Assembly: GCA_002269645.1 (NCBI GenBank)
Contig: NIVC01000695.1
Coordinates: forward strand, 372,001 to 436,000
DNA: 64,000 nucleotides
Reading direction: 5' to 3'
Source of the DNA: Macrostomum lignano
Taxonomy: Eukaryota
Below, piece after piece: positions 13,001 to 21,732 of the stretch. A program made the position numbers and the translations under genes. The notes beneath the pieces are model-generated. The model was given only the letters and a program-made list of their open reading frames with translations, was not told the origin of the DNA and did not search any database. Position 1 is the first letter of the stretch, and each line of letters opens with the position of its first letter.

Positions 13001-15118
13001 TTTGTCAACTCATTTATGGGCACACTTTTTATGTGTTACATGATGCTTCTTTTATGTTTGAAATGATACTTTTTCTGATCTATAAGCTGCACATACCATG
13101 GCCACTTGGTGTGTGGTTCCTACTGCTTTTCAAAATCAACTTTTGCTGAAGATCTTGCACTAGCAAAAGGCAAGGCATAGCCTGAAAATGCAAAAAAGTT
13201 GTCAACTTTTGGGCTTGGTGAACTAAGATCTGCTTGTGAAAGTTGCCTATATTGAAAATGAATGCAGTGCAGTGAATGAGATTGAAGTGATTAGCCAAAT
13301 ACAGACAGCCACTAAAAACAGCAACCTAAAGGTAACACATAGGGAAGATACAAGTTTGATTTCTAAATCCTAATATCCCAATCCCAATCTAGAATCCTCC
13401 CAGACACCTTGAACAGAACCTATTCATGATATCCTTTTTGTTACAAACCCTATACGAGTATAACACTAATAGGACTAAAATGACAAAAAAACTCATGGCA
13501 GTTATAGTAGACTAAAGCTGCTACTAAATCTGACACTGCAGACCTCCTGCAAAGCTTTGAAAGCCTTTTAACTATTTCCAAGAAAGGTTCAATAAGCAAG
13601 AAGTATTGCATGTTGAAGGTAATAAATAAGGTAATAAAAAACTAAAATATCAAGTGGATGTCAAATATGTAAACACCATTGATTGCAAGGCTTAGGACAC
13701 TTTTTTATACAAATTAAATCACTTCTTAATTATCTATATGGTACTGAGCTGGATAGTGTTATTATTGTTGTCAGTTAAAGGATGCAAGCAAAAAGTATTT
13801 TTTGTGGAGCAAATTAATTTGATAGCTCACTGGGAGAGGAGCTGGTTGGGCTTACATGTAGGGTCCACTCATATATTTGGAATGCAGAGTCAGGATTGAA
13901 TCCAATCTAGAGGCTAGTTGAAAGGTTTACCCCTGGTAAGAGAGAGAATTATATATGGTGGAAAAATGGGTAGGCTGGGTGGTGACAATTTACATGAGCA
14001 TAACCCTATTAAAATAACAAAGAAAGATAATTACATGGGTGGGCTCATGGGGGGTATACTGGGATGAAGGATAATCCCACATAGGGGATGATGTCAACAG
14101 GGATAATGCAATTCACTTGGAGGATAAACTTTAATTAACAGTCAATGGGAAGGGTAAGTGAGAGGCTGTGCCTACCACAGTAGTAAGAAAACATGTATAT
14201 GAGTATATTGACTAATCAGCAGCTTCCTAATTTTGTTATAATTTTCTATTTTTGCTTAAATCTGCAATTTGTTTTTAACTTACATCCATGGAATAGTAGC
14301 TCACCTGCTTCTCCGCAGTTTTTCTATATGAGGGCCCACACCTAACTGAAAAAAGCTTGTTGCATTTTACGAGCTAAATGTTTTTAAGTACTCTTTACAC
14401 TAAACATCTAGTTAACCTTTAAATTCTCACTCTGAGATATTGATTATTTCAAAGTTTTAAGCAGATAGAGCAAGGGTGTAAAAGCCCAGAAGAAATTCAG
14501 TGTGTAAAGCACAGAAACTTAAAGAAGCTGTCAAGACTCACGGAGAAATGAGAAGTCATTAAGACTCAGGGAAAACTAGAAAGTCATAAATACTGGCAGA
14601 GAACTGAGAAGTTGTAAAGACTCAGAGGTACAAACCATAAAGGTTTATAACTAGGATTAGAGCATTAGGGATTAGGCAATAAAGTCGGTAAACTGTAAAG
14701 GTGTCAATAATATAGAGCCTAAATTGCTAAAAATCCTTGATCCTAGGAAACACCAAAATTATTGGACTTAATTAGAAATACAGTGTTTTACCACTTGGGC
14801 TCTCATTGCTACCAGATCTAGGAAACTAAGTAGATTTTAAATCAGCCAACTGCAAATAGGGTATCAATGGTGGGATAAAAGCAGCAACCTGTAACAACTT
14901 GGTGACAGTCAGTAATAGGATATTAAAGAGAGAACTAACACACTTATAACAGTATTTACAAGTCGTATTATATCAAATTGTCATTAATGTTTTGTCCTTT
15001 AGAGAGCTTGACTTACTTGACTTAGCTGCAGGGTGGTCCGTAGACACAGCGGGGAGGCGAGGGTCGCCCATTCCGCTAGCCCCTGAAGGCCCGCAGACAG
15101 GCAGAGGCGTGGGGCCGG

Positions 15119-18100
15119 TCAGGGTGGTCCGCCGGTCCGTCCTGCAGCGTGATCTTCTGTTGGGAAGAAACTGGCTCGTCTAGTCGCCCGAAGGAACTGG
15201 ATGAGCCGTGGGATGCTGTCGGGCTGGCAAACCTCGTCAATGGACGGGTTCGGCCCGAGGTAGCGTAGCCGGTCTCTGTTAAAGAAAGGGCAGTGACAGA
15301 CAAAGTGCTGAGCATCTTCATTGTCGCACTCGCAAAAGGGGCAAATTTCGCTCTCGAGGTCGCCTCGGAGGAAGCAGTGCCTGGCGAGGTAGCCATGGCC
15401 GGTAAGGGTCATGACAAGGGCTCGAATATCCTTCCGATTCTGGTTCAGAAGGATGTTTCTGAGCCTGTGAGACGGGCAAGGAACCGCGGCACGAGATTGC
15501 CGGCAGTTTTGGGTGCCCGCCCATCTGTCCCTGTGGAGGGAGTCAGCCCAGTCGTCGATCTGACGATTGATGACTGTCAAGGGCATAGGGACCAGGGGGG
15601 CAGGGCCGAAAAAAGAGCCAGAGCCGCCCCTCTTGGCGAGGGTGTCTGCCAGCTCGTTCCCCGGAAACCCTGCGTGCCCTGGGATCCACTTCAGCCTGAC
15701 AGTATTGCTTCTGGCCAGGAGGTTGAGCTGCCGGGCGCAGTCGGCGACTGTCCGGGAGTTCGTTGTGGTGTGGCAAAGGGCCTGTAAGGCCGCTTGGCTG
15801 TCGGAGTGGATGACAATAGTCTTTCCTCTCGTAACCTTGGCGTTTAGCTCTGCAGCGCAAGAGCTGATGGCAAGGACTTCGTTCTGGAAGACTGTGGAGA
15901 GTCTACCAGTGTGCTGGGCATGCGTGGCAATTACGCGGCCGTTGATGATGATGCAGACCCCAAAGCCGGCGCGACCGTCTTTGATGGATCCGTCCGTGTA
16001 GCAATGGACCTCCTGGAAATTCCAGTGGTCATTGGCAGCATCCCTAGAGGGGATGGTGACCTTGTAGCGCTGAAAGAGGTTGAGAGTGCGGGGTTCGCCG
16101 TCAGATAGGACGTGGAGCCCGCCGCTGTCTCTCAAGTCCTTGAGGCAGAGGTCAGCGTGGGGCAGAAGCTTGCGCTTAGCCATGGCCCTATGGGGCTGGA
16201 TTCGAATGCCAGCGTCAGCTAGACGGCGGGCAGTCTTAGCCGCTTCCCTGCGGACAAAGATGTCCAGCGGAGGAATGTTGAGGAAGGCGTTGAGGCCATC
16301 GTAAGGAGCAGACGGAGGGGCGCTCATGATCGTGCGACAAGCGCGCCCTTGCGCTCTCCTGAGAGCCTCTAGACAGGTCTTTATCTGCAGGGCGCTAGCC
16401 CAGATCAGGCCGCCATACGAGATAGCGGGCCTAACCATTGCAGTGTAGATCCACCAGAGGCGCTTGGGGGTGAGCCCCCAGGTGGTGCCGACGGCCCTGC
16501 GCAATTGCGCGAGGACTGCGAAGGCCTTTTTGGCTTTTGTTTGAACGTGGGGAGACCAGTTCAGCCTGTGGTCCAGGGTAATACCCAGACATTTAGTCTG
16601 CTTGCAGAAGGGGATTTCCCTTCCGTAAAGCGTGAGCGGCCGAATCTGCCACTTGGTCCTGCTGGTGAACATGATCGCTGCGGTCTTAGTCTCAGAGAGC
16701 CTTAAACCACAGCGGTCCGCCCATTGCTCAGCAGCGTAGATGAAGTTCTGAAGAAGGTCCCTGAGGGTATCAGGGGACGGACCAGATGCCACCGCGGTGA
16801 CATCGTCCGCATATCCAACTTTCAGAATGGGGTCAGGCCGAACATCCCGGAGGAGCTCATCGATGACCATATTCCAGAGAACTGGAGACAGCACCCCACC
16901 TTGCGGGCTACCTTTGCAGACGGGGACCGTCCTCTGGTAGCCCAGCAGACTGGCGGTGGCCGTGCGATGGCTGATCATGTACATGATCCATCTGGTGAGA
17001 TGTGAGTGCGTTAGCCTCTCACAAAGAGCTCTTCGGAACGCCTCAAAGAGGACGTTATCGAAGGCGCCAATGATGTCCAGGAAGATCCCCAGAGCAAAGC
17101 CACTACCAAGCACGGCCTTCTCGAGTTTATCGACCAGGACGTGCAGCGCGCTTTCAGTGGAGCGACCCGCCCGAAAAGCGTGCTGGTTCTCGCTGAGAGG
17201 TTTGTTCTTCAGCTCAACAGAGAGAAGGCGCCAAAGCACCAGTCTCTCCATCAGCTTGACCAGGGAGGAGGTCAAGCTGATCGGTCTGAAGGATTTGATA
17301 GAATGGTAGTCCGGGCGGCCTGGCTTAGGGATAAAGATCACCTTTGCCTCGGTCCATGCCTGCGGGACATAACCAAGCGTGATGCATGCCCGAAGAAGGC
17401 TGCAAAGTTTGCGCAGGAAGCCTGGGCATTTAACCGCCTCTCTTAGAAGGGCCGGTACAATGCCGTCGGGTCCTGGGGCTTTGAAAGGCTTGAAGGAATT
17501 TGCCGCTCTCACAATGCGGTCCTCCGTGATGATAGATGCAGCCAGCGCGTGACCTCCCTCCGAGTGATCCGGAGTGGTCTGGTTAGCTGGCTCGTTAGGG
17601 AAAAACGCAGTGAGCATTACATCAAGCGTTTCCCCTGGGTTGTCCGTGGACGTACCGTCGGTGCGTTTGACCGAGGAGAGCTTAGACATTTTGTCCAGCG
17701 TGAGCGCTTTCACAACTCTGGAGGTGGGGCGTGAGCCCTCTAGCTCCTCACAGTATTGTCGCCATTTTTGAGCCTTTGCATTCCTAACCTGCCTTTTAAA
17801 CTCATGAATTGCTTCATGATAGGCGGTTTGGTCTGCAGGGCTCTTAGTTTTAGTTGCTCTGCGGTGGAGTCTCTTAGCCCTGCGACGGAGGTTGCCGAGC
17901 TCGGGATTCCACCACGGCGCCGATTTTTTCCCTTTATAGGCTTTTAAAGGGCAGGACGCCTCAAAGGCGGCGGTTAGCGTCTCTGTCAAAACAGTCGCGC
18001 ACTCATCCGCCTCTCGGCACGACGTGATCGTGAATGGTTGGCCAGGAGACCGATGGAATTCCTTCAGGGCGAGCCCGAAGGTTTCCCAATCAGTATTTCT

Positions 18101-18823
18101 GGCGTTCCGTCTCCACATAACACGAGTTGCGCTACGCGCGGCCATTAGGTTGAAGGAGATGAACTTGTGATCCGATAGTGAGGACACTGGAAGCACCCGC
18201 CACGCCCCAATACTCTGGTAGAGTCTGGGCGTTGCGAGCGTAGCGTCGATCACCTCCGACCACCGTCCGTTGTCAAAGGTAGGGGTGGACCCAGAGTTGC
18301 AGAACTCGAGGGTCGTAGAGGCAACGTAGGCTAGGAGGTCTTCGCCTCTCTGATTAATGCCAGTGCTGCCCCAGTGAGTGTGGTGGGCGTTGATGTCGCC
18401 GGCAACCATGAGCTCGTAGTTTTTGGCAGAGCAGAGCTCTACCAGCGTAGCGAGGGCTCTGGGGACGACCGCAGCATCGCCTGGTAGGTAAACCGAGGCA
18501 ATGAGGGTGGTCTTCCCAGGAAGAAGGTCCTCGGATTGGATGACGCAGATGTCCCTGTTGGACAGGTCCGATCTGAGCCACGCACTGAGCGTTTTGCTCG
18601 CAAAGATGCAAGCTCTGGGAGGCTGGTTGGCCTCGCGAGGGTAAGTATAAAAACAATTGTAGCCAGCAGGGGCGTTTTGAGGCTTACCTCTGAGAGTCCA
18701 GGGTTCCTGGACGAGGATGAGCCCCGGCTTGTCGAGCTCGGCGTAACGCATAAGGTTGACCGAGGCTGCGACGCAGTGCTGCAGATTAATCTGCAGGCAA
18801 TGGATTCCCTGGTTGCTGATCAT
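15119..18823 (-). CDS. LINE ORF2: APE endonuclease + reverse transcriptase + RNase H + C-terminal zinc knuckle (~1234 aa)
   Basis: EN: QINLQH, QEPW, GDINAHH, SDH. RT: KAPGPDGI, FRPISL, FLDIIGAFD, PQGGVLSP, YADD. RNase H: YTDGS, SDSQAAL, WIPGH..GNELAD. Knuckle: CPFC-x7-H-x3-C. First ATG at 18823. Confidence 0.95.
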   Translation of the reverse strand: MISNQGIHCLQINLQHCVAASVNLMRYAELDKPGLILVQEPWTLRGKPQNAPAGYNCFYTYPREANQPPRACIFASKTLSAWLRSDLSNRDICVIQSEDLLPGKTTLIASVYLPGDAAVVPRALATLVELCSAKNYELMVAGDINAHHTHWGSTGINQRGEDLLAYVASTTLEFCNSGSTPTFDNGRWSEVIDATLATPRLYQSIGAWRVLPVSSLSDHKFISFNLMAARSATRVMWRRNARNTDWETFGLALKEFHRSPGQPFTITSCREADECATVLTETLTAAFEASCPLKAYKGKKSAPWWNPELGNLRRRAKRLHRRATKTKSPADQTAYHEAIHEFKRQVRNAKAQKWRQYCEELEGSRPTSRVVKALTLDKMSKLSSVKRTDGTSTDNPGETLDVMLTAFFPNEPANQTTPDHSEGGHALAASIITEDRIVRAANSFKPFKAPGPDGIVPALLREAVKCPGFLRKLCSLLRACITLGYVPQAWTEAKVIFIPKPGRPDYHSIKSFRPISLTSSLVKLMERLVLWRLLSVELKNKPLSENQHAFRAGRSTESALHVLVDKLEKAVLGSGFALGIFLDIIGAFDNVLFEAFRRALCERLTHSHLTRWIMYMISHRTATASLLGYQRTVPVCKGSPQGGVLSPVLWNMVIDELLRDVRPDPILKVGYADDVTAVASGPSPDTLRDLLQNFIYAAEQWADRCGLRLSETKTAAIMFTSRTKWQIRPLTLYGREIPFCKQTKCLGITLDHRLNWSPHVQTKAKKAFAVLAQLRRAVGTTWGLTPKRLWWIYTAMVRPAISYGGLIWASALQIKTCLEALRRAQGRACRTIMSAPPSAPYDGLNAFLNIPPLDIFVRREAAKTARRLADAGIRIQPHRAMAKRKLLPHADLCLKDLRDSGGLHVLSDGEPRTLNLFQRYKVTIPSRDAANDHWNFQEVHCYTDGSIKDGRAGFGVCIIINGRVIATHAQHTGRLSTVFQNEVLAISSCAAELNAKVTRGKTIVIHSDSQAALQALCHTTTNSRTVADCARQLNLLARSNTVRLKWIPGHAGFPGNELADTLAKRGGSGSFFGPAPLVPMPLTVINRQIDDWADSLHRDRWAGTQNCRQSRAAVPCPSHRLRNILLNQNRKDIRALVMTLTGHGYLARHCFLRGDLESEICPFCECDNEDAQHFVCHCPFFNRDRLRYLGPNPSIDEVCQPDSIPRLIQFLRATRRASFFPTEDHAAGRTGGPP

Positions 18824-18825
18824 TA

Positions 18826-20292
18826 TCACGCAGTTGGGGAATCGTTGAGCAGGTCATCCTCCTCCTTTTCAGTGGTGGGTGACCCGCAGACCTCCATGGG
18901 AGTTTCAGCGTCCTCAGCAGTTAGGGTGGCTGTGGAGTCCTCCGCGGACGTGAGCCCAGCGTGGACGTTACCGTCGCCTCTCCTGCGTGCTTCGGTGCTG
19001 TCACTGCCCGTCCCCTCTGCCTCGTCGGTCAGGTCGATGCGGGTGGCGCCAGCCTCCTGGTGAGTCACAGACTCGAACCAGTCGGTCGGAGCCTCCCCGC
19101 TTAGAGTCTGGCCTTCTGGCTGTTGGGGTGGAGCGCGAGAAGCGCGGGCCCGCTCACGATGCGCACGAAGGTTCTTGGCCTGGTCCAGCGCGCGCTGGAT
19201 CAGGCCGGACCTCCGGGTGCTCCTGGCGGGTCTGCGATTGCGATTTCCGGTTTCAGCAGCGCGAACTGCCTTACCGGGCATAGGATCGGCCGTTTGCCTC
19301 GGCTTCTTTGCCGGAGGAGCCTGGGCCCCAGTTCCGGTTTCGGAAGCTTTGGCATTCTTGGCTTCATCAGCTTTCCGCTCCTCGCAACGGAGGATGGTCA
19401 GCTGAGTCAGACCAATATGAATTGTGGACTTAGGCGGCAAGCGCTTAGCCCAGTCATCAGAGAGCCCTAGGATCACCGTAGCCCCCTTCTCCTTGCGGGA
19501 AGTGGCGTGGTGTAGGAGCCCGTTGACCTTAAGGTCGGGGTGCAGCTTTAGCAATATTTGCCTAAGCTGATCTCCGGACTTAATGGCACTGCCGGCCGGG
19601 ATCCAGACGCGAAAGCGCTGGGTCTTCTGTCGTTCGCCCTCGCTGGCGAAGACGAGCTTGCCGAGCTTCTTGGGCCAGTTCAGCTTTGGCAGAAGCTCGC
19701 GTAGATTGCGGCTGCTCTCCTCCGAGCTGCACCAGATGAAGATGCAGCCGTCGGTCTTGGCAGACTTGACCACGCTCACAGGGCGGCCCGCCAGGAGCTG
19801 GTCGATGAGCGCAGCATCGATGGTGCGCCAGGCACTGTCGAGCTCGTCGGCCGTGAGGTCCTGCTCTTCCCCGAAGACGATGACCGCCGGTTGGAGCTTG
19901 ACCTTTGAGGCGTAGTTGGTGGCGGCGGTTCCCGAAGGCCCGGCCGCGCTTGTAGCAGGTATACTGGGTGGCTCACCAGCGGGGGTTGTATCCTGGGGGG
20001 CAGGGGTTGCTGTGGTTCCTTTCGGCCCAACAGCAGCCTCGCCCTCCCTAGGTTCCCCTTCCGCCGGTGGCCGGCCCGCAGTACCCCGTAGTCGCCGTCG
20101 CCGCTCGTTGCGGCGTTGGTTGCGGGTGCGTCGGGCTTCAGCGGAGGGCCCGGTTGCGCGTGCGGGCATGTCACCAGCCGAGCCGGCGGCAAGCCCATCT
20201 GCCCCCGGTGGGGCGGCGCTGGTGCCAGAGTCACCGGCCGGAGTTGCCGGGGCCCCGGCTTCAGCGGGGGTTAAAGAGGCGGATGACGCCAT
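18826..20292 (-). CDS. LINE ORF1 (488 aa), no CCHC knuckles; central region resembles LOA-clade (DUF4780-type) ORF1
   Basis: Long open frame directly upstream of ORF2, with an Arg-rich N-terminus, NYASKVK and FRVWIP. The domain assignment is from recall only. Confidence 0.8.
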   Translation of the reverse strand: MASSASLTPAEAGAPATPAGDSGTSAAPPGADGLAAGSAGDMPARATGPSAEARRTRNQRRNERRRRLRGTAGRPPAEGEPREGEAAVGPKGTTATPAPQDTTPAGEPPSIPATSAAGPSGTAATNYASKVKLQPAVIVFGEEQDLTADELDSAWRTIDAALIDQLLAGRPVSVVKSAKTDGCIFIWCSSEESSRNLRELLPKLNWPKKLGKLVFASEGERQKTQRFRVWIPAGSAIKSGDQLRQILLKLHPDLKVNGLLHHATSRKEKGATVILGLSDDWAKRLPPKSTIHIGLTQLTILRCEERKADEAKNAKASETGTGAQAPPAKKPRQTADPMPGKAVRAAETGNRNRRPARSTRRSGLIQRALDQAKNLRAHRERARASRAPPQQPEGQTLSGEAPTDWFESVTHQEAGATRIDLTDEAEGTGSDSTEARRRGDGNVHAGLTSAEDSTATLTAEDAETPMEVCGSPTTEKEEDDLLNDSPTA

Positions 20293-20950
20293 AGCTGAAA
20301 GCGGGAAGGAGTGAGCTGAGTCACAAAAGAAAGAGGAAAGAAGAAAAAGAAAAGGACCGCTAGCGACCGGACAACCCCCCGGCCTTCCAGCCCATCGGCA
20401 CGGTCAAACACCTTAGGCATTAGGGGGTACGTTAAGCAGTACCACGGCCTGCAGGCTGGCAAGCCAGACCCGCATACCCAAATTCGGCCGAAGCCACTGG
20501 ATGGGTCGCCAGCGTCGGAGCCCAGTCTGTCCAGCAGCCCTAGGGTCTGCCTTGAACACACGCGGGGACGAGTACCCTGGGTCGACTTGTGAAACAGCGT
20601 GAGGGGGGGGGGTCTGCGGCTGCCAGTGGCAAATAGCGGGTGCAGACCTCCCTCTCCAGCCTTGACCTGCTGAATATAGGGGCAGGCGTGAAGCATCGCA
20701 GACCGTAGCCCTTAGGCCTGGTCTGTCTCATACTTCACTGGCGTGCTGAATACACCTTCGCGTGCCTTTAGAGAGCTTGTTCTTGTGAAACTATTTTTAT
20801 GTCTTTTCATTATGGGTGGGATAAGATCCTAATCTCAAAAATCCTATAATCCTAGCAAAATTTGTCCAATATTTTACTACACAGTTGAGGTAACTTTCTT
20901 AATACCAGAATCAGGCTTTGTTATATATAGGTATTGAGCAGGGTAAAAGC

Positions 20951-21226
20951 CATACATGCGCAACCTCCAAAATTCGGTCGGCCGTGCGACTTAGTTTTAA
21001 CAAAAATGCGACGTAGTTTTTTTGCCAAAAATGCGACTTACATGTAAAAAAGTTTAACGCAAATTTGGGTAAACAGCAAGAGTAACTATGTCTGTCTTAT
21101 TAACCCAAAATGCCTCGTCAGCTACTTAGTACTACTACTTTGGTATTTTTGAGTGGGCATTTTTGCGACTTCCTTGGTTGGCCGCCTAATCGGTCGGCCA
21201 GATCGGCCGACTGTTGCGCATGTATG
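20951..21226. mobile_element. hAT MITE copy 1 (276 bp)
   Basis: TIR CATACATGCGCAAC / GTTGCGCATGTATG. Perfect 8-bp TSD GTAAAAGC at 20943-20950 and 21227-21234. Confidence 0.9.
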
Positions 21227-21253
21227 GTAAAAGCACCCACTGACTTGGGTAAC

Positions 21254-21551
21254 CATACATGCGCAACAGTCGGCCGAGTCGGCCGATCCGGCCGACCGAT
21301 TTGGCAGCCAATCAAGGAAGTCGCAAAAATGCCCACCCGAAAAATACCAAAATAGTATAACTAAAGTAGCTGACGAGGCATTTTGACCTAATAAGACAGT
21401 CATATTTACTCCTGCCGTTTACCCAAAGTTGCGTTAATTTGCTTTAGGGTTTTTATTACATGTAAGTCGCATTTTTGGCCAAAAACTACGTCGCATTTTT
21501 GTTAAAACTAAGTCGCATGGCCGACCGAATTTTAGAGGTTGCGCATGTATG
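21254..21551. mobile_element. hAT MITE copy 2 (298 bp), same family, inverted
   Basis: Same TIRs. Perfect 8-bp TSD TGGGTAAC at 21246-21253 and 21552-21559. The internal sequence is the reverse complement of copy 1. Confidence 0.9.
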
Positions 21552-21732
21552 TGGGTAACCCTTGTTCTATTTTTAGCACAGTATAATAACTTAATACTGT
21601 TCACGTCTGGCTTCAACTGTCTGTATATATTGTTCATTGAGACCAGCCTATTGCTATGACTAATGTAAATATATACTGTACATTTTCTTATGCTGCAGTT
21701 GTGACTAAAAGCTTTGTAAAAAAATAGTCTGA

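Larger units (their letters stand above)
15011..20764 (-). mobile_element. Full-length non-LTR retrotransposon (LOA/Lian-like, I group) with RNase H
   Basis: 15-bp TSD CCTTTAGAGAGCTTG at 14996-15010 and 20765-20779. Two intact ORFs, ~470-nt 5' UTR, and a 3' tail of AAGTC/AAGT repeats instead of poly(A). Confidence 0.95.

Noticed and set aside
18827-18829. GTG start for ORF2 as given by the ORF track
   Set aside because: An ATG lies two codons downstream within the TAATG motif and is the more plausible eukaryotic start.
15293-20314. Many plus-strand ORFs overlapping the LINE
   Set aside because: They are antisense shadows of GC-rich ORF1/ORF2 with no independent motifs.
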